This document shows positions 42,431 through 51,356 of a stretch of 64,000 nt of DNA, in pieces. A program made the translations under genes and the position numbers. Numbering within the stretch: the first letter of the stretch is position 1; every line of letters begins with the position of its first letter. The stretch comes from an uncultured bacterium (GTDB lineage Bacteria; Babelota; Babeliae; Babelales; JACPOV01). The stretch is taken from the NCBI GenBank assembly GCA_963744715.1, contig CAVUUR010000006.1, forward strand, positions 160,001 to 224,000, read 5' to 3'. The notes beneath the pieces are model-generated. The model was not told the DNA's origin and ran no database searches. It saw only the letters and a list, made by a program, of their open reading frames with translations.

Positions 42431-42467
42431 TAATAGAGAGGAGAAATAATATTCTTCTCTCTATTAT
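42431..42467 (-). terminator. Terminator-like hairpin after the ankyrin gene
   Basis: taatagagaggag...cttctctctatta. Confidence 0.6.
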
Positions 42468-42505
42468 GCCATATCAAAATTGAACATCTACTCTTTAATG
42501 CATCA

Positions 42506-44443
42506 TTACAGCGCTCTATGCAAATTGCGCAACGTCATATTTAACGTTTGCAGCTGTTGGTATACTACGCCAAGATCTACCCGCGTTGGTTGTTGTTTTC
42601 TCTGCGCTTCTTGAAGTAATGCTTTTGCTTGTTCGTTACCAGATAAATCTAAAGCGGTTTGCCCTACTGCATTTTTTAATGTAATATTTGCTCCCTCATT
42701 AAGCAAGGCTGGTATGAGCTCATATCTAGTACCCTCCGCTGCCATCATTAATGCACTAAAGCCTTCTCGATTTTGTAAATTAACGTTGATATTTTTAATT
42801 CTTAAAAGCAATGTTATTATCGGTTCCTCATCATCAGAAATCGCTGCCATAAGCGCAGTATCTCCATTGTCATTCTGTCCATTAATATCCGCACCCGCAT
42901 CAATCAGCGCTTGAACGATACCGGGATTACGATGTTCTACTGCTTCTATGAGAAGTGTTGTTGCATGACCAGCTGCGTCTTTTATCACGTCATTAATATG
43001 ATCTTTAATTTCTTGATCACCCAGGAAATCTTTTATTTGGGTTACCTGAACCTTTTTAATCATTTCTTGTAACTTTTTCAATTTTTGCTCAGTAGTTAGT
43101 GCTGGTTTTTTAATCAACTTTTCAAGATAAGTTACAATGTTATTGTTATGCGCGCCTTTAGCAACGTCAAGAGCTGTCTGAGGCTTCTTTTCATTTATTC
43201 CAAATATTACAGCTTTGTTAAGATCTGCGCCCTTATCAACGAGTAATTGTATTATCTGATTTGCCATATCTTCTGCGTCATTCATAACTACATGAAAAAT
43301 AGGTGTTAATCCATTCTCATCTTCCAAATTTGAATTTGCACCTTTATTTAAAAGAGAACTAACTACCTTACGCGCATCGTCAGTAAAAGCAAGATCTCGT
43401 TGCGTTGCATAAAAAAGAGCGCTTTCTCCTTTACTGTCTCGTGCATTAACATTAGCCCCTTTATCAAGCAAAAATGCAACGATGCCTGGTTGCCAATTAG
43501 ATGCTGCCTCCATTAAAGCAGTTCTACCATTATTATCCGCTTTATTAACTAACTCATGATTCTTGGTATATAGACTCAATACTTTAGAATAATCTTTACC
43601 CGCGGCATCAATAAATTCCTTGATTTCTTGTTGTTCTTTAGTCGGCTGTTCTCTTGCAGCGCCACGTATTAATGATCTAATAAAGTCATTCTTGGCATAG
43701 TTCACGGCCGTGTCCCCTTTGGAATCCTTTGCCGAAACATCTGCTCCTGCCCGAAGCAATGCCCCTACTATTTCCCTATTTCCTTTCTTAGCTGCAAACA
43801 TAAGTGGTGTTTTACCTGCATTTGTTTTCACATTTACATCGGCATCGTTCTCTATCAGAAATTTAATAGCAGGTAACTGTGACCCTTCTATAGATGCAAT
43901 CAATGGATTCATTTCTTCACCCCGATATTGCATCATCGCATCAATATTGGGTAGCATATTTGGCAAAATTGTTTTTAAAGTTCCAACTAATCCTTTATAA
44001 GCAGTATCAACAAAATTTTTTAATTGTTCTTCTTTTTTCTTAGGTAATGCTGGCGGATTTTTTAATAATTTAACAATTGCTTCAAATTCTGGTTTGCTCT
44101 CTGCTAAAGACAATGGCGTTTTTTTATCTGAAGTGTGCGGATACTTAGGATTTGCACCTTTGTTCAAAAGCTCCCTTATAAGCGAGAAATACCTTGCTCG
44201 ATCTAATGTATCTTGTGGTATTTCTGTCACATCAATTGCAAGCCACAGGGGAGTTTCTCCAGTCTTATAAGGATCTGCATTTGGCGCAAGTATATTCATA
44301 GTTATCATGTTTGCTGCAAGGCCATAAGTTTTATCGGTAATATATGATTTAAATTCACCGTAATTAAGCTTTTCTTGCTCCATAGCAAAAGCAGTATGCA
44401 TTCCTATCATAGTAAAAGTTAATAATAACATCTTTTTGTTCAT
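42506..44443 (-). CDS. Secreted multi-module ankyrin-repeat protein
   Basis: Signal peptide then ME; many GxTPL/TAL..A...LL..GAD.N repeats. Confidence 0.93.
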   Translation of the reverse strand: MNKKMLLLTFTMIGMHTAFAMEQEKLNYGEFKSYITDKTYGLAANMITMNILAPNADPYKTGETPLWLAIDVTEIPQDTLDRARYFSLIRELLNKGANPKYPHTSDKKTPLSLAESKPEFEAIVKLLKNPPALPKKKEEQLKNFVDTAYKGLVGTLKTILPNMLPNIDAMMQYRGEEMNPLIASIEGSQLPAIKFLIENDADVNVKTNAGKTPLMFAAKKGNREIVGALLRAGADVSAKDSKGDTAVNYAKNDFIRSLIRGAAREQPTKEQQEIKEFIDAAGKDYSKVLSLYTKNHELVNKADNNGRTALMEAASNWQPGIVAFLLDKGANVNARDSKGESALFYATQRDLAFTDDARKVVSSLLNKGANSNLEDENGLTPIFHVVMNDAEDMANQIIQLLVDKGADLNKAVIFGINEKKPQTALDVAKGAHNNNIVTYLEKLIKKPALTTEQKLKKLQEMIKKVQVTQIKDFLGDQEIKDHINDVIKDAAGHATTLLIEAVEHRNPGIVQALIDAGADINGQNDNGDTALMAAISDDEEPIITLLLRIKNINVNLQNREGFSALMMAAEGTRYELIPALLNEGANITLKNAVGQTALDLSGNEQAKALLQEAQRKQQPTRVDLGVVYQQLQTLNMTLRNLHRAL

Positions 44444-44460
44444 ATCAAATCTCCCTTTTT

Positions 44461-44517
44461 ATAGTATTTTTACCTAACATTACTGCTCGTGGCATGTATA
44501 ATGCAATAGTTTTTTTG
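44461..44517 (-). promoter_or_regulatory. Repeated promoter block, copy 1 (TTGCAT-N18-TAATGT)
   Basis: Near-identical to 45671-45725 and similar to 45768-45820. Confidence 0.65.
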
Positions 44518-44549
44518 ATAACTTCATCATGTTGGCTCTATACAAATAC

Positions 44550-44580
44550 AAAAGGGGAAGAAATAAAACTTCTTCCCCTT
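44550..44580 (-). terminator. Terminator after the second ankyrin gene
   Basis: aaggggaagaa...cttcttcccctt. Confidence 0.7.
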
Positions 44581-44628
44581 GACACTTATATTATTTTAAA
44601 ATGCACACTTATTTTCTTTATGCATCAA

Positions 44629-45654
44629 TTAAAATGCTGCACGCAAATTCTGTAATGAAGTTTGAAGCTTCATTAATTGTTGATGTACTATGCCAAGATC
44701 TGCCGGTTGCGATGGTTGTTTATTCAAACTTTCAAGGTAGTTTATGATTTCTTGTTTTTTCCGGCCTCTGGCAATATCAAGAACAGTTATTGATTTTCCA
44801 TTTTGGGCTAATACAGTTTTACCAAGATCTGCACCTTCTTGCACCAACACCTTTATGATTGCAAGAGCATGGTCTTCATCACCATTTTCCACAGCATAAA
44901 AAATGGGTGTTACTCCCGATTGATCTGCAATATTTGGATTTGCATGGTGAGCTAAAAGGGTCGTAACGATATCAACAGCACTTACATCAAATTCTCCAGG
45001 ACTTCTGGTTACCCATATTAATGCCGTATGTTTATTACCATCCTGTGCATTAGGATTAGCACCTTCAGTGAGCAAAAAATTAACATTAGCTAATTTTCTG
45101 GCTGCTGCGGCATTCATTAAAGCTGTCATACCAAGGTTATCCTTAGCATCAAGTAGGCCTTTGTTTTTGTCATATAATGCTCTTAACTGCGCAACGTCAG
45201 CCCTACCTGCTGTGCCAATAAAATTTACAATTTGTTCTTTTGTTGGCTGAACTGGTTGCGGGCCAACGGGTTGCTCTCCCTTTAATTTTCCTTTTAACAA
45301 ATCAATAGTCTCTGGAGTAGTAAATCCTTTTCTCTCTGCCAAAGATACTAATCCCGTATTAACTTGTGCACCTTTATCTAACAATCTTTTTATAAGATAT
45401 TCATAAGGCTGCTTATCGATCTCTTCCATTTTTATTGGTGTATTAATTGTAAGGAAAAGGGGAGTTTCTCCATTAGAGTAGGGATCAGCATCTGCCCTGA
45501 CTGTCCCAGAATCTATCATCGTTGCTGCGAGAGAATATTTTCTCAATGAAATTAATTTAGAAAATTGATCATACTTAAGATCTCTTTGTAGTGCCCCAAA
45601 AACTGTATTTATCGCTAAAATACTAAAAACTAATAACAATATCTTTTTTTTCAT
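44629..45654 (-). CDS. Secreted ankyrin-repeat protein, paralog of 42506-44443
   Basis: Start MKKKILLLVF with AAGGAG RBS, ankyrin motifs, shared ADPY..GETPL module. Confidence 0.92.
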   Translation of the reverse strand: MKKKILLLVFSILAINTVFGALQRDLKYDQFSKLISLRKYSLAATMIDSGTVRADADPYSNGETPLFLTINTPIKMEEIDKQPYEYLIKRLLDKGAQVNTGLVSLAERKGFTTPETIDLLKGKLKGEQPVGPQPVQPTKEQIVNFIGTAGRADVAQLRALYDKNKGLLDAKDNLGMTALMNAAAARKLANVNFLLTEGANPNAQDGNKHTALIWVTRSPGEFDVSAVDIVTTLLAHHANPNIADQSGVTPIFYAVENGDEDHALAIIKVLVQEGADLGKTVLAQNGKSITVLDIARGRKKQEIINYLESLNKQPSQPADLGIVHQQLMKLQTSLQNLRAAF

Positions 45655-45670
45655 ACCTATCTCCTTATTA

Positions 45671-45725
45671 ATAGTATTTTTACCTAACCTTACTGCGCGT
45701 GGCATTGATAATGCAATAGTTTTTT
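45671..45725 (-). promoter_or_regulatory. Repeated promoter block, copy 2 (TTGCAT-N18-TAAGGT)
   Basis: atagtatttttacctaac.ttactgc.cgtggcat..ataatgcaatagttttt shared with copy 1. Confidence 0.65.
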
Positions 45726-45820
45726 AATAACAATATCTTTTTTGTCATAGAAATCTCGCTTTATTACAATATTTTACATAACATTACTGTTCGCACTGAC
45801 GACAATGCAATATTTTTTTG
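45721..45820 (-). pseudogene. Remnant of a third ankyrin paralog: promoter copy 3 plus first codons MTKKILLL
   Basis: ATG at 45748; atgacaaaaaagatattgttatta versus atgaaaaaaaagatattgttatta of the 45654 gene. Confidence 0.7.
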
Positions 45821-45901
45821 ATAAATAGTCCCCTAATAGTTCTTTGTGAGTTGCTTCATAACCCTACATGCACCAAAAAATAATCAGCAATACATTATTT
45901 T

Positions 45902-46918
45902 TTATAAATATTGTTCTTTATTATTTTTTTTAAGCATTTGCACAATTTCTTTGATATGTTCGGTATTATCCGATTGTGCAATAAGTAATGCATCTTCTGT
46001 TTGAACAACACAAAGATTATTAACACCAATAAGAGCGACCAATTTGCCGGGAACGTCAATTTTATTGTTATGCGCATTCAATGCGATAACGTTTTGCTCA
46101 GATTTTTTAAGCGTAAGAAAGGTATCTAAATTGCCAACATCTGACCAATCAAATAGTGCAGGAACCACCCAAACATTATTGCTATGCTCCAAAACGGCAT
46201 GATCAAATGAGATTGAAGAAATTTTTTGATAATCATAACCCTGGTCAACGTACGCATGTACCATTTGATATAGCGTTAATGCATGCATACGAAATTCACG
46301 TAAAAAAGTATCTACTTTGCCACAAAATATGCCACTATTCCATAGCATATTTTCTTGCTGAACATATTGTTGCGCAGATTGCAATGTTGGTTTTTCATGA
46401 AAAGAATGTACTGGATATGCATCTTTATCAACATGCTCTGTATCGGCTTGAATATACCCGTAACCAGTTGCCGGATGGGTAGGTTTAATACCAAGTAAGG
46501 TAATAGAATCCTGTTTTTCAGAAACCTGTATTGCTTGCATTAATGTTTTTTGAAAAGCATCAGTATCTTTAATATAATGATCGGCTGGCACAAAAACAAT
46601 TAACGCTTCTGGATTGAGAGCATATATTTTTAAACATGCCAATAAAACTGCAGGCCCAGTATTACGCGTGGCCGGCTCTGTAGCGATAACACCCACGCGT
46701 GAACCAACCGCCTGTTGAATGGAAGCTTTTTGTTCATCTGTAGTAAAAATCCAAAGATTACTTTTGTCCACTAATGAATCTACACGATCGATAGTTTGCG
46801 CAAGCAGTGATGAACCATTAAGAGAAAGCAGTTGCTTGGGGTGCAGTTGCCTACTTAACGGCCACAGTCGCTCCCCTTTTCCTCCGGCAAGAATAACAAC
46901 GACGACGTTTTTGTTCAT
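45902..46918 (-). CDS. manC: Mannose-1-phosphate guanylyltransferase
   Basis: ILAGGKGERLWPLSR..PKQ, EPATRNTGPA, PADH, TGYGYI, FHEKP, WNSGIF, WSDVG. Confidence 0.95.
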   Translation of the reverse strand: MNKNVVVVILAGGKGERLWPLSRQLHPKQLLSLNGSSLLAQTIDRVDSLVDKSNLWIFTTDEQKASIQQAVGSRVGVIATEPATRNTGPAVLLACLKIYALNPEALIVFVPADHYIKDTDAFQKTLMQAIQVSEKQDSITLLGIKPTHPATGYGYIQADTEHVDKDAYPVHSFHEKPTLQSAQQYVQQENMLWNSGIFCGKVDTFLREFRMHALTLYQMVHAYVDQGYDYQKISSISFDHAVLEHSNNVWVVPALFDWSDVGNLDTFLTLKKSEQNVIALNAHNNKIDVPGKLVALIGVNNLCVVQTEDALLIAQSDNTEHIKEIVQMLKKNNKEQYL

Positions 46919-47655
46919 TACTTTTCTCTTTTTGCTGGCCTCACCGTTGAATATATTCGATTACCTAATAATTTAAAGAACATGCCTGCAACTTCAGCCA
47001 TAATGGAAACTGATAATTTTGATTTTCCATAAATACGATTTTGTGCTTGTATAGGAACTTCAATAATAGTCGCACCTGCTTTTTTAGCATGATACAATGA
47101 TTCCATGCAAAATGAAAAACCATGAGAAGTAAAATGTTTGTACATTTCAGGCTTTAAAATGGAAATATTATATAATCTAAAAGCACCGGTGCAGTCATAC
47201 GGCATACCTAAACCATATTTGATCATGCCGCGCCAAAAATAGGTAAATGGTAATCGAATTTTACCCCACCCGGACATGCCACCACCATACGTATAACGAG
47301 ACCCAATGACAATATCTGCCTTATCGCGCTTTTCAAGCATCGTTGGAATATACAATGGGTTGTGCGTAAAATCAGCATCCATGGTCAGCAAATAGGAGTA
47401 ATTTCGATTCCGCGCAAAATTAAATGCCTGTACATGAGCAGTGCCTAACCCCATTTTTTTTGGTCTATGCAGAACATGCACCGTGGAATCTTTTTTTTTA
47501 ATAGTATCAATAACCGCCCCCGTTCCATCGGGTGAATTATCATCGATGAATAATATATCAACCGGTATACTTAATTCTTTGAGGGCTTTATATAAAAGAG
47601 GAACATTTTGACATTCATTATAGGTCGGTATCGCTACTAATATTGTATTTTGCAT
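46918..47655 (-). CDS. Polyprenol-monophosphomannose synthase (GT2, Ppm1/Dpm1-like)
   Basis: IPTYNE, IDDNSPDGT, GLGTA, MDADFTH, GSRY, DCTGAFR, GKSKL. Confidence 0.9.
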   Translation of the reverse strand: MQNTILVAIPTYNECQNVPLLYKALKELSIPVDILFIDDNSPDGTGAVIDTIKKKDSTVHVLHRPKKMGLGTAHVQAFNFARNRNYSYLLTMDADFTHNPLYIPTMLEKRDKADIVIGSRYTYGGGMSGWGKIRLPFTYFWRGMIKYGLGMPYDCTGAFRLYNISILKPEMYKHFTSHGFSFCMESLYHAKKAGATIIEVPIQAQNRIYGKSKLSVSIMAEVAGMFFKLLGNRIYSTVRPAKREK

Positions 47656-47826
47656 ACTATATTTCCTTATCATAATTCTATACTTATTCATGTATAGTAC
47701 CTGTTTGCATAACTATACATATCCTTAAGTATACCACGTACTGCAAGAATAATTAGTATCAGTTAAAATATTCTGCATAGCCCAAGCAACCACCGCTCGC
47801 AATAATTTTCAGATAGTATATTTACA

Positions 47827-50010
47827 CTACAGTTCTTTAATACCTCCTCCTTGACAAGCAAGTTGATCAATAATCAGCGTAAGCTTTGCTACGCGATAAA
47901 GATGATCATACGAAATCGGCGGAGTAAATGAACTGTCCTTAAGATTATTAAAAAATGTTGTTATTAATGATTCATGACCTTTATCGGAAACGTGTTTCGA
48001 CTCATTAAATGATGATGCCAATCCAAAACCTTGTAAGGTTTTGTAATCATCCATCACAATTGATTTTGAATCAAAAAATAATTCCATCCGCTCTTTGCCA
48101 AGCCCAGCATGACCTAAAGCTGTATAGAGTAATGTGCATACTGAACCATCGGCAAAACTAAGTTGTACTGAAAAATTATCGGTAGGGAAAAGATCATCGT
48201 GACTCGGTTTGAGTGATTCAACTGACACAGCAGTAGCATACGAATCAGTTAAAAAATAAAAAAGATCAATAATATGGCACGCTTCTCCGATAATTCTGCC
48301 AGCACCAATTTCTGTTTGTATCCAATGATCTCGTGATATAAATCCCGCATTCATTCGATAAAAAATCATTAACGGTGACGTTCTTTGTGTAATGACTGTT
48401 TTAATCTTTTTAATACAGGGAGCAAAAGATCTATTATAATCAACGCAAAATGGAATCATCGGATGTTGTTGCAAAAATGCATACAAACGATCCAATTGTT
48501 CAAAATCGGTAACCATCGGTTTTTCTAAAAAAACAGCCTTCCCATGCTTTAATGCGGTCAGTGCTTGATCACAATGATATTTATGAGGAGATGAAATAAT
48601 AACCGCATCAACCAAATTTTCATTAAATAACGCATCATCTTCCGTTAGTGCCCTACTCGCTTGATATAATTTTGAAATAGTTAAGGATGTGGCAACGTTA
48701 GCATCAACAATTGCATTAATTTTAACGTTATCAATGCGAGAAACGATCGGCATTAATTTAACTTTTGCAAAACCACCGGCACCAATAACGCCAACTCGAA
48801 TCGTACCACCATGCATTGCCGGAATAAAACGAGGTGGTGTTTCTTCATCATTTTGATGGGCATCATTATGCTGTACCGCACCAATTTTTGGTTTTTCGAT
48901 ATGTTCTTGATAAGAGATAAGTGCCGCTAATGCTTGTTGTTCTTTAATAGCAGCGTATGCAGATTCCACATTATCAACGTCAAAACAATCTGGAATTAGG
49001 GTATCAACAATAATCTTTTTTTGTTCAAGCAATGTTACAAATGCCTGCATGTTACGATTTTCTGTCCAACGAACATATGCATAAGGATAATCAATTCCTT
49101 GTTGTTCATAAGAACTATCATAGCGGCCGGGGCCATACGAACAAGAAATGAGCAGATCGATCTCTTTTTGATACAAAGGACTCCGCTCAAGTCCCAATCC
49201 TACATCACCAACTACCACAACCTTGCCTTTTTTGCGCGTTATTTCCATTGCTTGTTGCATAATATCATTAGTTTTTGATGCAGCAGTAACGATAGTAACA
49301 TCGACACCGTAATGATTAGTGTGGGTTGCTAGTTGCTCAATTACTGAACTCGTTTTAGCATTAATAACAAAATCAGCACCATGCTGTTTTGCTAGAGTTA
49401 AACGATCTTCTAATAGATCAATGCCTATTACGGTTGCTCCTGATAATTTTGCAAGTTGTACGGTAAGTTGCCCAAGTAATCCTAATCCTAAAACACATAC
49501 CGTTTCGCCCAATTGCACAGAAGCTCGGCGTAATCCTTGTAATGCAATAGCGCCTAAGGTCGATACACTTGCATGCTTAAGTAACGATTCATCACGTACG
49601 TGAGCAACCAAATTTTCTGGCACACACACCATTGACGCATGGTTGGCAAATCCAGCACCGGCGCAAGCCACAAAATCACCCGGTCTAAAACGATTTACTT
49701 TACTACCCACTGCAATAACTTTGCCCGAACAAGAATAACCGAGCATCTGCAAAGAGCCTTGCATTTTTTCTCGTATTAATGCTCTTGTTCCTTCAAGGCC
49801 GTTATGCGTAAGCGATTCTAATACTTTGGCTATTTTTTCTGGTATTTTATGCAATAAAGAACCTGATTGCGCATTATTAATGGTCGCCTGTTCCGTTCCC
49901 GGACTAATACATGAATAATGAACAGCAACGAGAACCATCTGCTTATCCAATATTGGTTGACAAACTTCTTTTATGCGCACTAAACCGTTTTCTAAAAATA
50001 CTTGTCTCAT
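47827..50010 (-). CDS. Bi-domain oxidoreductase (MDR alcohol-dehydrogenase-like plus Gfo/Idh/MocA)
   Basis: ISPGTE, GYSCSG, GLGLLG, SYGPGRYD, IGAGGFA, EKPM, GEACH. Confidence 0.9.
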   Translation of the reverse strand: MRQVFLENGLVRIKEVCQPILDKQMVLVAVHYSCISPGTEQATINNAQSGSLLHKIPEKIAKVLESLTHNGLEGTRALIREKMQGSLQMLGYSCSGKVIAVGSKVNRFRPGDFVACAGAGFANHASMVCVPENLVAHVRDESLLKHASVSTLGAIALQGLRRASVQLGETVCVLGLGLLGQLTVQLAKLSGATVIGIDLLEDRLTLAKQHGADFVINAKTSSVIEQLATHTNHYGVDVTIVTAASKTNDIMQQAMEITRKKGKVVVVGDVGLGLERSPLYQKEIDLLISCSYGPGRYDSSYEQQGIDYPYAYVRWTENRNMQAFVTLLEQKKIIVDTLIPDCFDVDNVESAYAAIKEQQALAALISYQEHIEKPKIGAVQHNDAHQNDEETPPRFIPAMHGGTIRVGVIGAGGFAKVKLMPIVSRIDNVKINAIVDANVATSLTISKLYQASRALTEDDALFNENLVDAVIISSPHKYHCDQALTALKHGKAVFLEKPMVTDFEQLDRLYAFLQQHPMIPFCVDYNRSFAPCIKKIKTVITQRTSPLMIFYRMNAGFISRDHWIQTEIGAGRIIGEACHIIDLFYFLTDSYATAVSVESLKPSHDDLFPTDNFSVQLSFADGSVCTLLYTALGHAGLGKERMELFFDSKSIVMDDYKTLQGFGLASSFNESKHVSDKGHESLITTFFNNLKDSSFTPPISYDHLYRVAKLTLIIDQLACQGGGIKEL

Positions 50011-50021
50011 GCATACTCCTT

Positions 50022-51335
50022 TTAATCTTGATTTATGGTAGGCATATGATAATAAGCATTGCTCGCTGGCCAGAACACATGTTCTTGTTCTTCTTGATGT
50101 TTATGTTGTTCATATAAAAGTCCGCACACATCAATAACAATTTTATCATTAATCTCATACGTATTAAGAGTTTTAAATAGGCGATGATTAACTAAACACA
50201 CAATAATATCTGCTTGCTCCACTGCGTAGGCAAAAGGAACGGTTTGTTTATTAAGTTTGGAAATAATTATTTTTTCATCAACGTGCGGTTCGCAGAGTAA
50301 AAGGTCTATTGCATTATTTTTTAATAATTGCTCGGCAATTTCTAATGCAGGAGATTCTCGAATATCATCGATATCAGGTTTATAGGCCAGACCAAGTAAA
50401 CTTACTTTACATACGCCAGCATGTTGTTGTTGCCATTTTTTAACATGTTCGTATATCGATGCTACAACCTGTTGGGGTTTTTCATCGTTAATTATGCGAG
50501 CTGCTTTTAATAACACCGTTTGCTCAGGAAATGTTTCAATTAAAAACCAAGGATCAACCGCAATGCAATGCCCTCCAACGCCTGCTGAAGGTTGCAAAAT
50601 ATTCACGCGAGGATGTTTATTTGCTAATTCTATAATTTCAAAAGGATTTAAATGTAATTGATATGCCATTGCTGCAACTTGATGCGCAAAAGCAATATTA
50701 ACATCACGAAAACTATTTTCTACTAATTTGATCATTTCTGCTGTTGCTGCATTGGTTAAATAAAGAGGTCCTTTAACAAAATATTTGTATAATATTTTTG
50801 CTCGTTGCATCGATTCTTGATTAATTCCTCCTATAATGCGCGCATTATAGGTTAATTCTCTAAAGATATTTCCCGGCAAAACTCGCTCAGGGCAATGTGC
50901 AACAAAAAAATCTTCACCGGCTTTGAATCCAGTTTTTTCTTCAATGCGCTCAGAAAGTTTTTGTGTTGTACCAACGGGCACCGTTGACTCGAGAATAACA
51001 ACGTTGCCTTGGGTAATTACCTGCGTTATTAAATCTACCGCATGCCAAACATAAGAAAGATCCGCCGTTTTATCATTATTAAATGGGGTCGGAACAGCAA
51101 TAAGAAAATAATCGGCAGGCTCTATGGTATTAGTGGCATAGAATTTTTTTGTTGAAAGAACCTGTTGTAATTTGTCAAAAATTTCAGGCTCTTGAATTAC
51201 CGGATCCGATTGATTAATCCGGTCAACCCTTTGCTTATCGATGTCAAAACCAATAACGTCAAGACCTTGCTGTGCTGCAACAATAGCCGTAGGCAATCCT
51301 ATATATCCTAACCCTAAAATACATACTTTTTTCAT
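50022..51335 (-). CDS. wecC: UDP-N-acetyl-D-mannosamine dehydrogenase
   Basis: GLGYIGLP, AVPTP, ESTVPVG, CPERVLPG, GGHCIAVDP, DDIRESP. Confidence 0.93.
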   Translation of the reverse strand: MKKVCILGLGYIGLPTAIVAAQQGLDVIGFDIDKQRVDRINQSDPVIQEPEIFDKLQQVLSTKKFYATNTIEPADYFLIAVPTPFNNDKTADLSYVWHAVDLITQVITQGNVVILESTVPVGTTQKLSERIEEKTGFKAGEDFFVAHCPERVLPGNIFRELTYNARIIGGINQESMQRAKILYKYFVKGPLYLTNAATAEMIKLVENSFRDVNIAFAHQVAAMAYQLHLNPFEIIELANKHPRVNILQPSAGVGGHCIAVDPWFLIETFPEQTVLLKAARIINDEKPQQVVASIYEHVKKWQQQHAGVCKVSLLGLAYKPDIDDIRESPALEIAEQLLKNNAIDLLLCEPHVDEKIIISKLNKQTVPFAYAVEQADIIVCLVNHRLFKTLNTYEINDKIVIDVCGLLYEQHKHQEEQEHVFWPASNAYYHMPTINQD

Positions 51336-51356
51336 TACAAACCCTTTTTTTATGTA

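Noticed and set aside
44461..45820. Repeated blocks as CRISPR repeats or IS ends
   Set aside because: Three irregularly spaced copies, each just upstream of a paralog start; no spacers, cas genes or transposase.
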